Shown in pieces: positions 10,287-19,820 of a stretch of 64,000 nucleotides of DNA. The notes beneath the pieces were generated by a model. It saw nothing but the letters and a program-made list of their open reading frames with translations, was not told the origin of the DNA and ran no database searches. This DNA comes from Desulfohalobiaceae bacterium. Its GTDB lineage: Bacteria; Desulfobacterota; Desulfovibrionia; Desulfovibrionales; Desulfothermaceae. The number at the start of each line of letters is the position of its first letter. Position 1 is the stretch's first letter. The stretch covers positions 46,642 through 110,641 of the forward strand of contig JALWFY010000111.1 of the NCBI GenBank assembly GCA_027013815.1, given 5' to 3'. The translations under genes and the position numbers were made by a program.

Positions 10287-12371
10287 TTAATGGGCAATTA
10301 TTATAGTGGAATCCACACAAACTATTCCCTCTTGAGTAACTACCATGGGATTTATATCAATTTGATCTATCTCTTGGAATCTATGCCCTATATCCCCAAG
10401 TACCTTTAATACATGTGCTATCTGCTCCCTGTCTATCTTTGGAATATCCCTATACCCATCAAATAGTCTCTGGTTTTTGAGATCAAAGGTATATAACATG
10501 GCTTGATCTAGGGAAAAAGGAGCCAGTCTAAATACCCTATCGTCTAGTAGGTCTGCTATAGTACCCCCAAAACCCATCATCACCACTGAGCCAAAATCCT
10601 TGTCCCTTATCATACCAAATATGAGTTCTAATTTTATATCTAATTGTTGTTGTACAAGTAGAAAACCCTTGTCTAATACCATCTCATTTAATTTCTTATA
10701 AGCAGAGACAAATTTCTCATCAGTAAAGATATTTTTCTCCACTAGGCCATGCTCTGTTTTATGGACTATCCCAGGCAAAATCCCTTTTAAAACAACAGGA
10801 TATCCTATTTCCCTTACCTTTTCCAATCCATGATCTAGGCTAGATATTTTATATTCAGTCACCACAGGAATATTAAATTTTGATAGTATCTCTTTGGCCT
10901 TAAACTCATCTAATACAACTCCAGGACCACTTAAATAAAGATCTTTTATACATGGTCCTATTTCTATAGGGGTGTTCAATAAATCTTTATGCAATCTATC
11001 CCTATTTTTATATGTAACAAATTTATCCATGACCTCTATTGCCCTACTTATCTCCAAAAACATAGGTATTTTTAATTCTCTACACTCACAAGCCCTATTA
11101 TATAAAGTGTCCTTGTCTCCACTTGCCCATAGAAATACTGGGGTATTATATTTTTCTGATATTTCTTTAATCTTTTTTAGGTCTATACCACCTAGTTTAC
11201 CACTTCCAAAATAGTGCATAAAAACTATATCTACTCCCTTGTCTTCACATATTGCCTTAAATATAGCCTCATATGCCTCTGGCCCATTTTTCTCAACAGC
11301 AGGCCACACATCAGCGGGATTTCCTATTGGCAGCCAATCTGGAGATAGAGATTTTATTTTCTCTATTGTGTCCCTAGAAAATTCACTGACCTCAAGGTGG
11401 GTGTCCTTTAAAAGATCAACACTAACTATCCCAGCTCCCCCACTATAGGTCAAGATACCCAATCTATTCCCATTGATCTCCATATCCCCATAGTTTGAAA
11501 GCCCAAGACATATATCCATCATTTGCAAAAAATCCGTGGCCTCAATCAAATTCGTCTGTTTCAACATCCCAGAAATCACCTCACTTGACCCAGCAGCACT
11601 TGCAGTATGAGTCAAGGCAGCCCTTTTCCCGTGTCCAGTCTTACCTCCTTTTAATAAAACCACTGGTTTTTTCAAACACATACATAAGTCAAAGAACCTC
11701 CGCCCCTGTTTAATTGACTCAAGATACATTCCAATCACCTTGGTGTGGGGATCATTGTCTAAAAATTCAAGTAAATCACACTCATCTACATCCAGTTTGT
11801 TTCCTATAGAACATGCCTTGGAAATACCAAACCTCCCTGAAGAACATAGGTTTATCAAAAAACCTGCACTCAACATTCCACTTTGAACTATCAAGGATAT
11901 ATCACCAGGATACATATACTCCCAGATACCAGGGGAGACAAAAGAGAATACGTGTTGGGTGTGCATATCTACAATGCCCATACAATTTGGTCCCCAGATC
12001 CTAGTGCCACTGTCTTTTACTATATCCATGATCTCTTTCTGGAGCCCTACACCCAGCTCCCCTGACTCAGCAAATCCACCAGATTCAATTATAATTCCTT
12101 TTACCTTTTTTTTGACAAGGGATTTGACTATTCCCTTTACTGCCCTTGCTAGGACAAATACTATTGCTAGGTCCAGTTTACCGGGCAACTGACACACATC
12201 CCTAAAACATCTAATTCCATATATTTCATCATATTTTGGATTTACAGGATAGATGTCCCCTTTAAACCCATTTTTAATATTATTTAAGATTATATTTCCA
12301 CCCTTTGTTGGTTCCTTACTTACACCAATCACTGCTATAGACTTTGGATAAAAGAAAAAATCTAGGTCCAT
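10287..12371 (-). CDS. ADP-forming acetyl-CoA synthetase / acetate--CoA ligase family protein (fused alpha-beta, NDP-forming acyl-CoA synthetase)
   Basis: 694 aa. N-terminal CoA-binding domain (PKSIAVIGVS...GGNI), a succinyl-CoA-synthetase-like central domain with conserved LTHTASAAG His loop, and a C-terminal ATP-grasp. Confidence 0.8.
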   Translation of the reverse strand: MDLDFFFYPKSIAVIGVSKEPTKGGNIILNNIKNGFKGDIYPVNPKYDEIYGIRCFRDVCQLPGKLDLAIVFVLARAVKGIVKSLVKKKVKGIIIESGGFAESGELGVGLQKEIMDIVKDSGTRIWGPNCMGIVDMHTQHVFSFVSPGIWEYMYPGDISLIVQSGMLSAGFLINLCSSGRFGISKACSIGNKLDVDECDLLEFLDNDPHTKVIGMYLESIKQGRRFFDLCMCLKKPVVLLKGGKTGHGKRAALTHTASAAGSSEVISGMLKQTNLIEATDFLQMMDICLGLSNYGDMEINGNRLGILTYSGGAGIVSVDLLKDTHLEVSEFSRDTIEKIKSLSPDWLPIGNPADVWPAVEKNGPEAYEAIFKAICEDKGVDIVFMHYFGSGKLGGIDLKKIKEISEKYNTPVFLWASGDKDTLYNRACECRELKIPMFLEISRAIEVMDKFVTYKNRDRLHKDLLNTPIEIGPCIKDLYLSGPGVVLDEFKAKEILSKFNIPVVTEYKISSLDHGLEKVREIGYPVVLKGILPGIVHKTEHGLVEKNIFTDEKFVSAYKKLNEMVLDKGFLLVQQQLDIKLELIFGMIRDKDFGSVVMMGFGGTIADLLDDRVFRLAPFSLDQAMLYTFDLKNQRLFDGYRDIPKIDREQIAHVLKVLGDIGHRFQEIDQIDINPMVVTQEGIVCVDSTIIIAH

Positions 12372-12588
12372 GCCATCTACCTCCCCTATCCTTTATTTAA
12401 GACATTTTAGCCATATGGTTAATTATTTTTCCTTGATAAAACTACAAATAGATTCAAAAATCATAAAGAGTTAAAAATAGACTAATACTGTCAAATTTGC
12501 TACATTTCCATCTCACCTTAGATATTATCCCCTTGCAATAATATTTTTTTGAAAAATAACTTAATAAAACACATATAACAATATAAAC

Positions 12589-14877
12589 ATGTTGGCAAAA
12601 AAAATTATAATAAAAGGAAAGGTACAAGGAGTAGGGTTCAGGCCATTTGTTTATAAATTGGCCATAAAATACAATATTAAGGGCTATGTGTTAAATGATT
12701 CAAGGGGAGTTGAAATCTTTGCACAAGGCACACCCAAAGACATCAATGCTTTTGAAACTCAACTAAGAAAAAAACCACCGCCTATTTCCAAAATTATATC
12801 CATAAAATCTAAGATTACATCCCCTGACCAAGCCCTAAAAGGTTTTTTAATAAAGCAAAGCAAAGGTTCTATATCCCATGAGGTATTAATCAGTCCTGAC
12901 ATAGCCACCTGTCCAGATTGCTTGAGGGAACTATTTGACCCTGAAGATAGGAGGTATTTGTTCCCATTTATCAACTGTACCAATTGTGGTCCTAGGTTTA
13001 CTATTACAAGTTCAATCCCATATGATAGAAAAAACACATCAATGTCATGTTTTTCAATGTGTGATAATTGTTATAGGGAATATACTAACCCATTGGACAG
13101 GAGATTTCACGCCCAGCCAAATTGTTGTCCTGAATGTGGCCCTAAGCTTCATTTATTGAACAATGCTGAAAAACTAATAGCCCAAGGTACTAATGCAATA
13201 GATTATGCTGCCAGAGAGCTGGCAGATGGTAATATAATTGCACTAAAAGGGCTTGGTGGATTTCACATATGTTGTGCTGCAGACAACGAACAAGTAGTCA
13301 AGAGACTTAGGGAATTAAAACACAGGCCATATAAACCTTTTGCCCTAATGGCAGACTCCATTAAAGATATAGAAGAGATAGCATATGTATCAAAAGAAGA
13401 AAAAGAAATACTCAAAGGGGAAATCAGGCCTATTGTACTTTTAAGGGCAAGGCCCAATGTATTGCCTAAGTCAATTGCCCCAGATACATCAGATTATGGA
13501 ATAATGCTTCCATATACCCCCATACACCATCTATTATTTTATTTTTACAAAAAATACATACCCCAAGATAAATTCCCCATACTTGTTATGACTTCAGGAA
13601 ACAGATCAGGGAATCCAATCTGTATTGGAAACAGGGAAGCAATATCTAATTTAAAAGAATTTGTATCCTATTTTTTAATACACAACAGGGACATACTAAT
13701 AAGATGTGACGACTCTGTTGTGAGGGTATTGGGCAAGAAAGGATTTTTATTTTACCGTAGGGCACGGGGATTTGTCCCATCCCCTGTATTTTTGAAACAC
13801 AAATTCCCAACTGTAATGGGGGTTGGAGCTGAACTAAAAAACACAGTATGTTTTATAAAAAATGACCAGGCTTTTGTATCTCAATATATAGGAGACCTCA
13901 AAAACCTAGATACATATAATTTCTTTTTAAATACCATAGACCACTACATAGATATCTTAAAGATAGCCCCCAAGGCCATTGGAGCAGATATGCATCCTGA
14001 CTATCTATCCACTAGATATGCAAAAGAGCAAGACAAACTCCCTGTTATAAGAGTACAACACCACCACTCTCATATCCTTTCTGTAATGGCAGAAAATCAA
14101 ATAGATGAAGAGGTAATTGGCATTGCACTAGATGGCTCTGGCCTAGGGCCAGATAATACCATCTGGGGTGGAGAAATTCTCTTGATAAACAAAGACCTAT
14201 CTTTTCAAAGGACGGGATATCTTAGCCCCATTAGACTCCCTGGAGGAGAAATAGCCATAAAAGAGATATGGAGAATAGGACTTTCATTTTTATATAGTAT
14301 TGGGGAAGATAATATAGAAAGATTTCTGACCAAAGTACCTATTAGAAAAAAAGAACTAATATATGATATGTTAAAAAAAGATATAAATTGCATTATAACC
14401 ACAAGCTGTGGACGTTTGTTTGATGCTGTTTGCTCCCTAATAGGGTTAAGGTCTAGTATTACTTATGAAGGTGAAGGGGCAATAGTCTTAGAGTCTATCC
14501 AAGACAAGGGCTGTGATATTGCCTATGAAATCCCCATAAAAAATAAGGAGGATAAATATATAATAAATACCCAATATTTAATAAAAGAAATTATAAAAGA
14601 CCTTATAAAGAATATACCTCCATCAATTATTAGCAGAAAATTCCACCTAGGTCTGTGTGAAGCCCTTGCAGAAACAGTAAAGAATATATCCAAGGACACT
14701 GGAATAAAAAAGATTGCACTAAGTGGTGGGGTATTTCAAAATCAAACCATCCTAGGTCAGATGATACATAAGCTCACCTCCATTGGGCTCACCCCTATAT
14801 TTCATAGATCTATCTCTCCAAATGATGAGAGTATCTCCCTTGGCCAGGCATATTTTGTGGCCAATAAGATAAAATAA
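12589..14877 (+). CDS. hypF: [NiFe] hydrogenase maturation carbamoyltransferase HypF
   Basis: 762 aa. N-terminal acylphosphatase domain (IKGKVQGVGFRPFVY). Two CxxC...CxxC zinc-finger pairs (CPDCLREL...CTNCGPRFT; CDNCYREY...CPECGP). YrdC-like and Kae1-like domains follow. Confidence 0.92.
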   Translation: MLAKKIIIKGKVQGVGFRPFVYKLAIKYNIKGYVLNDSRGVEIFAQGTPKDINAFETQLRKKPPPISKIISIKSKITSPDQALKGFLIKQSKGSISHEVLISPDIATCPDCLRELFDPEDRRYLFPFINCTNCGPRFTITSSIPYDRKNTSMSCFSMCDNCYREYTNPLDRRFHAQPNCCPECGPKLHLLNNAEKLIAQGTNAIDYAARELADGNIIALKGLGGFHICCAADNEQVVKRLRELKHRPYKPFALMADSIKDIEEIAYVSKEEKEILKGEIRPIVLLRARPNVLPKSIAPDTSDYGIMLPYTPIHHLLFYFYKKYIPQDKFPILVMTSGNRSGNPICIGNREAISNLKEFVSYFLIHNRDILIRCDDSVVRVLGKKGFLFYRRARGFVPSPVFLKHKFPTVMGVGAELKNTVCFIKNDQAFVSQYIGDLKNLDTYNFFLNTIDHYIDILKIAPKAIGADMHPDYLSTRYAKEQDKLPVIRVQHHHSHILSVMAENQIDEEVIGIALDGSGLGPDNTIWGGEILLINKDLSFQRTGYLSPIRLPGGEIAIKEIWRIGLSFLYSIGEDNIERFLTKVPIRKKELIYDMLKKDINCIITTSCGRLFDAVCSLIGLRSSITYEGEGAIVLESIQDKGCDIAYEIPIKNKEDKYIINTQYLIKEIIKDLIKNIPPSIISRKFHLGLCEALAETVKNISKDTGIKKIALSGGVFQNQTILGQMIHKLTSIGLTPIFHRSISPNDESISLGQAYFVANKIK

Positions 14878-14960
14878 TACAGACCTTTAAACTAATTCTA
14901 AATAGATTATTCCTTCAGATAGAGTGTTTTAAGCTAAGGGCAGAGGAAAGATTCTTAGCT

Positions 14961-15007
14961 TTTAGCCTCTTGTCCCTTTAGCCTTTTGCCTTTAGCCCCT
15001 CTCTGCC
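14961..15007. repeat. degenerate 7-8 nt periodic tract (TTTAGCC TCTTGTCC CTTTAGCC TTTTGCC TTTAGCC ...), related to the tract at 18306-18360
   Basis: Read directly from the sequence. It is preceded by an 8-bp inverted repeat, AAGCTAAG (14931-14938) / CTTAGCTT (14954-14961). Confidence 0.8.
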
Positions 15008-15208
15008 TTTCTCTTTCAACCCTTTGTTGTGTATTTCACAATTATAACTCAACAGAAGACCGGAGATTAAACTGTACATAAAAATTATAACTCACGGGAA
15101 ATTGGTATTATCACTTGCAATATAATTGTTAATAGGTTAATTTTTATTAGAGGAGAGGACTGTGTATCTATAAGTAATTTCTATTAAAAAAATATAAGGG
15201 GGCAAAAA

Positions 15209-16750
15209 GTGAATAGTCTAAAGGCAAAGATTTTATTAATATCTATCATTACCATCCTATTATTTTTAGGAGCCAGGTTTTTCTTAAATAACATTGCTGT
15301 AGAAACTATTATCTTGGTAATTGGTTTTGGAATCTCTATCATCATGGTATCTAACTACAATTCCTCTATAAAAAAACTAAAAGACCTATTACAGGACCCA
15401 ACATTAATAACAAATTTTCATTTGGATACCTCTAATATAAAAATCCCAGACCTAAATGAGATTGGGGAAACAATAAATCAAGTCTTAGATTCTATTTACA
15501 AGAACTATATATGGAAGCAGGGAGTTGTAGATGAATTACCCATGTGTTGTATTATATGCGATGAAGAAAACAAAATCCTATATGTAAACCAGGAAATAAT
15601 TGACTTTGTAGAACAAGATGGCACCCCTGAGGATTTTATAGGAATGAGCACTGCAGAATTCTTTTATGGAGACCCAGACCATCCTACTATCACAGGCAGG
15701 CCATTTAAAGAAAATAAAAAAATAACTGGCGTCAGAACTGAGGTAGTTGGTCGAAAAGGGCGCAAGGTATTTACAGAAATAAATGCTGCGCCATTTTATG
15801 ATCCACAAGGTAACTTAATAGGTTCATTTGCAGTATTCAACGACTTGACTGAACTTAAAAGAGAACAAGACAAGGTATTAAGACAAGCAGAGATATTAAA
15901 GGCTGCAATAGAAGATGCCACAGGACTATCCTCTAAGCTCACAGCTACTAGTGAAGACATATCATCTCAGATCGAAAGTGTAAATTCTTCAATGGAACAA
16001 CTAAAATCCAGGGCAGAAGAAGTTGCAACTGCCATGGAAGAGATGAACTCCACAGTACTTGAGGTATCAAAAAATGCTGCATCTGCAGCAGAAGCAGCAG
16101 AACACACTGCGAACAAGGCAGAAGAGGGTTCCCATGCACTAAACCAAGCAATTGAGCTCCTGGAAAAGATAAAAGACAGGGCACAGCAACTACAAAAAGA
16201 CATGGAAGAGATGGAGAAACAGGCAGAAGGCATTGGCGAGATAATAAACACTATTTCAGATATTGCAGATCAGACAAATCTTTTGGCATTAAACGCAGCA
16301 ATAGAGGCAGCCAGGGCTGGAGACGCTGGGCGGGGATTTGCCGTGGTAGCAGATGAGGTGAGGAAATTGGCTGAAAAGACCATGACTGCGACTAAGGATG
16401 TAGAAGAATACATATATACCATTCAAAATAGCGCAAAGACAAATATGAACAGCACCAGAGAAGTTGCTGATGCTATAATCAAAAACATGGAAATAAGCAA
16501 ACAGGCCAATGAGCTACTCAAGGAAATGGTGGAATTATCTGATGCATCCAATGATCAAATACGCTCTATTGCAACTGCAGCAGAACAGCACTCTGCTGCT
16601 TCAGAACAAATTACTAGGTCCACAGAAGAAGTAAATAACATATCCCAACAAACCATGGAGATCACACATCAAACAAGCGAGTCAATTATGGAACTAAATG
16701 AAATGATCCAACAATTAAATCAATTAATCAAGGATATGGAACAAAAATAA
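15209..16750 (+). CDS. methyl-accepting chemotaxis protein with a PAS-like sensor region
   Basis: 513 aa. GTG start preceded by AAGGGGG. Two N-terminal TM helices. Highly conserved MCP signalling hairpin [40 protein letters not shown]. Confidence 0.88.
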   Translation: MNSLKAKILLISIITILLFLGARFFLNNIAVETIILVIGFGISIIMVSNYNSSIKKLKDLLQDPTLITNFHLDTSNIKIPDLNEIGETINQVLDSIYKNYIWKQGVVDELPMCCIICDEENKILYVNQEIIDFVEQDGTPEDFIGMSTAEFFYGDPDHPTITGRPFKENKKITGVRTEVVGRKGRKVFTEINAAPFYDPQGNLIGSFAVFNDLTELKREQDKVLRQAEILKAAIEDATGLSSKLTATSEDISSQIESVNSSMEQLKSRAEEVATAMEEMNSTVLEVSKNAASAAEAAEHTANKAEEGSHALNQAIELLEKIKDRAQQLQKDMEEMEKQAEGIGEIINTISDIADQTNLLALNAAIEAARAGDAGRGFAVVADEVRKLAEKTMTATKDVEEYIYTIQNSAKTNMNSTREVADAIIKNMEISKQANELLKEMVELSDASNDQIRSIATAAEQHSAASEQITRSTEEVNNISQQTMEITHQTSESIMELNEMIQQLNQLIKDMEQK

Positions 16751-16756
16751 AAAAAG

Positions 16757-16805
16757 GGCGGGTAATCCCTAAGCGAAGCTTTGCTCTGCTTAGGGATTAC
16801 CCGCC
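16757..16805. terminator. 18-bp perfect-stem hairpin; probable bidirectional intrinsic terminator between the convergent MCP and UPF0597 genes
   Basis: GGCGGGTAATCCCTAAGC / GCTTAGGGATTACCCGCC with a 13-nt loop. On the minus strand it is followed by TTTTTTTATTTTTGT. On the plus strand it is followed by an A/T-rich run. Confidence 0.7.
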
Positions 16806-16873
16806 TATTATATAAATTTTATTCCTTATTAATTTGGCCTAAAAGGCCAAGATAAAATGCAACAGAGCTCCAC
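16776..16873. repeat. copy A of a ~97-nt structured intergenic repeat (second copy at 28547-28643)
   Basis: Hand alignment shows shared blocks: AAGCTTTGCTC(T/C)GCTT, GCCTATTA, AATTTTAT(T/C)CCTTATTAA, TTGGCC-N5-GGCCAAGATAA and AACAGAG(C/T)TCC. Confidence 0.6.
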
Positions 16874-16876
16874 TTT

Positions 16877-18169
16877 TTATTTTCTCCTCAATATATTTAA
16901 GATATTCTTGTCCATATTTTTATAAGAGTTAGCAGTCAATTCTTCTACAAAGTCCAGTGTCTCATCTAGGCTAGCCCCACATATCCCATCTTCTCTAGAG
17001 ATATTAATATGGTTTATGGCAAAATAGGCACTATTTAAGGCACATGAGGTTGCAACAAATAGCTTTATAGAACATGCAGGTTTTGCCCCATCACATAAAA
17101 CACCATACATAGATACTAGATGATTTTTAACTGCACTCAATGCAATCTCCCTATCCTTGGACAATAGCCAGGAAATAGCCCCTGCGGCCCCTCCCCCTGC
17201 ACAAAGTGAACAACTACATATTGGGGTAAGCCTCCCTATATGGGCCTTTAATTTTGAAGTAATTACATGACTCAAGCCAATGGCCTTTAAAAAATCCCCC
17301 TCATCTAATTTAAGGCCAGAATATATCACCCACACAGGCAAGGTGGCAATTATACCATTATTTCCGCTCCCAGCAGAACTCATAGCAGGCAGAGATGCCC
17401 CACCCATCCTTGCGTCCACTGCAGCTAACACGTATTTTTGGGCCTTAAAACTAAGATTATCATCCCAAAAAATGCCTTTATCTGTTTTAAGAAAAACATG
17501 AGATGTCCCATATCCCCATTTTTCATTTAAGCCCTGTTGTGCAAGCTCCAGGTTCATGTTCACACCCTTTTTTAAAAAATCAAGGTCATATTCATCTAAC
17601 CCATCTAATAGATCAAATAGTTCAACAGAGCTTATATTTTTTAGCCAGTTACTCAACTCTTGTATTTCTGAGTCACCTATCTCCCCTCCACCTGCATCTC
17701 GTTCAAAAACCAGTTTTCCATCTAATTTCAAAGAGGTGAGTCGATTGTGAAATCCTGATATCTCGGCCTCAGCGATATTTGATATACCCTTTATCTTGGC
17801 AAATACATAGATCCCTTTTTTATTTGGTGCCACATCAACAATTACTCTGCCACTTGCAACTAACTCCCTTGCCATTTTTATATAATCGTCATTTACCTTA
17901 GAAAATACCTCCAGGTCATCTTTGGGTTCTCCACACACACTGCCAAGGGCTGCTGCCATGTATAATCCCTTTTCTCCCCTTGCACCTGGCAAATATACAC
18001 CCATGCCATTTTTATATAGCCCTTCTGAAACCAATACTTTTATATACACTATTTCCCTTTTTGCGAGCATGGAACCTGCATGGGAACATGCAAGTGCCAC
18101 ACAAACTGGTTCAGTACACCCAAGGGCTGGAGATATCTCTAATCTTATTAAGTCCTTTATAGTAAACAT
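16877..18169 (-). CDS. UPF0597 / L-cysteine desulfidase family protein (YhaM/CyuA-like, serine dehydratase alpha-chain-like fold)
   Basis: 430 aa. N-terminal [14 protein letters not shown] and central [22 protein letters not shown] motifs match my memory of E. coli YhaM ([36 protein letters not shown]). Confidence 0.8.
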   Translation of the reverse strand: [430 protein letters not shown]

Positions 18170-18270
18170 AAAATTGCTCCTGTATATTATTAGATATCAG
18201 ATATAAGCTTTTTATTTCAAAAACGTGAAAAAAATTTACGTTTTTTCTAACTCCTAAGTCATTTTTTTAA

Positions 18271-18360
18271 ATTCTGAATTATGAATTCTGAATTCTGAAT
18301 AAAAATTAGCCTTCAGCCTTCATCCTTTAGCCTTCTGCCTTTTGCCCTTTGCCTTTAGCC
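18271..18360. repeat. 90-nt tract with strict 7-nt periodicity: (ATTCTGA)x4-5 followed by eight TTNNGCC-type units
   Basis: Parsed by hand: ATTCTGA ATTATGA ATTCTGA ATTCTGA ATAAAAA TTAGCC TTCAGCC TTCATCC TTTAGCC TTCTGCC TTTTGCC CTTTGCC TTTAGCC. Confidence 0.9.
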
Positions 18361-18523
18361 TAAAATATTCCATTTAAAGGATACAATCATATGAGAATTG
18401 GTATAACAATTAAAAACTCATGTTTAAACTTATTTTTTTACCTTGAGTAATCTCGTTAATTCCTATAGTATCCCGTGCTTGATAGCAAGTATACAACAAT
18501 GCCAATTAATAAATTATTTAGTA

Positions 18524-19807
18524 ATGTCTCTTATGAAAAAAAACTGTTTTGTCTTTTATTTCCAAAGACAAAATAAATATTCCATTAATGCATTAACAGG
18601 GGCAATTGAGACAAAAAAATATCATAATAAATTGGACATAATTTTATGTAACAAAGACCTCCCTAAATTGATAACCTCGATAAAAAACAAATATAAGACC
18701 ATTGCCATAGGGACATCATTTTTTAGCTCTCAAATCTTTTCAATAGGTAGCACAATAAAGACAATCAAAAATATTGTGCCCAAAGCGATCTTGATTGCAG
18801 GAGGGCCACATGCCAGCGGAGACCCAAGGGGCACAATAGGACTTGGTTTTGATATTGTGTGTAGGGGAGAGGGCGAGGAGGTTATTTTAGAGTTAATAGA
18901 ATGGATACTTGGAAACAGGTCCTTATCCAAAACAAGGGGTATATTTTTTAAACAAAAAGATAAGATCATATTTACTGGCAAAAGACCCCCTGTTGACCTA
19001 GATAAATATATGCCTTTTAGTGTTAGTTTTAAAAGATTTGGACCTATTGAAATAACTAGGGGGTGTCCTTTTGGATGTTTTTACTGTGAGACCTCATATA
19101 TGTTTGGAAAGATCCCTAGGCATAGGTCAATAGAATCTATATTGAGTTGTGTGGAAATAATGTATTCACGGGGAATAAAGGATATAAGATTTATAACCCC
19201 CAATGCATTTTCATATGGGTCAAAAGATGGTAAGACATTGAACTACGAAAAAGTGGAAAAATTGTTAAAAGGTATAAGAAAAATAATAAAAAATAAGGGA
19301 AGGATTTTTTTTGGGAGTTTTCCCTCTGAAGTTAGACCTGAACACGTAAATAAATATACCATTGAACTTGTTAAAAGATTTGCTGACAATGACAACCTTG
19401 TAATTGGATGCCAATCTGGAAGTCCTAGGATACTAAAAATTTGTAAAAGGGCCCATACTGTATTAGATGTTTACAATGCAGTGGATTTATGCATAAAAAA
19501 CAGATTAACACCAAAGGTAGATTTTATATTTGGTCTACCAGGGGAAGGAGAGGAAGATATTATAAAATCTATAGAATTCATGGATAAATTGACAAAAATG
19601 GGGGCCAAGATACATGCACATACCTTTATACCTCTACCTGGCACTCCATTTTCAAAAAAGACCCCTGGAAATATAGAACCTTATATAAGGAAGTTTATTA
19701 ATAAAGTACTGCCAAAGGGAGCTGTTTTTGGGGAATTTGAAAAACAAAAAAAACTAGGGAAACAACTTGTAGATCTAAGAAAAACAGGGAGATATAAACC
19801 AATATAG
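18524..19807 (+). CDS. B12-binding-domain/radical SAM protein (MJ_1487-like family)
   Basis: Radical SAM motif ITRGCPFGCFYCETS. N-terminal Rossmann-like region (AILIAGGPHASGDP). The ORF-track start at 18443 is a TTG with no conserved N-terminal sequence. The ATGs at 18524/18533 (MSLMKKN...) are preferred, but the start is uncertain. Confidence 0.7.
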   Translation: MSLMKKNCFVFYFQRQNKYSINALTGAIETKKYHNKLDIILCNKDLPKLITSIKNKYKTIAIGTSFFSSQIFSIGSTIKTIKNIVPKAILIAGGPHASGDPRGTIGLGFDIVCRGEGEEVILELIEWILGNRSLSKTRGIFFKQKDKIIFTGKRPPVDLDKYMPFSVSFKRFGPIEITRGCPFGCFYCETSYMFGKIPRHRSIESILSCVEIMYSRGIKDIRFITPNAFSYGSKDGKTLNYEKVEKLLKGIRKIIKNKGRIFFGSFPSEVRPEHVNKYTIELVKRFADNDNLVIGCQSGSPRILKICKRAHTVLDVYNAVDLCIKNRLTPKVDFIFGLPGEGEEDIIKSIEFMDKLTKMGAKIHAHTFIPLPGTPFSKKTPGNIEPYIRKFINKVLPKGAVFGEFEKQKKLGKQLVDLRKTGRYKPI

Positions 19808-19820
19808 GAGATATCTTTTC

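Noticed and set aside
18443-18523. TTG start at 18443, giving a 27-residue N-terminal extension of the radical SAM protein
   Set aside because: The extension (SNLVNSYSIPCLIASIQQCQLINYLV) reads like translated intergenic sequence, and no SD precedes the TTG. The downstream ATGs are preferred, although the true start remains uncertain.
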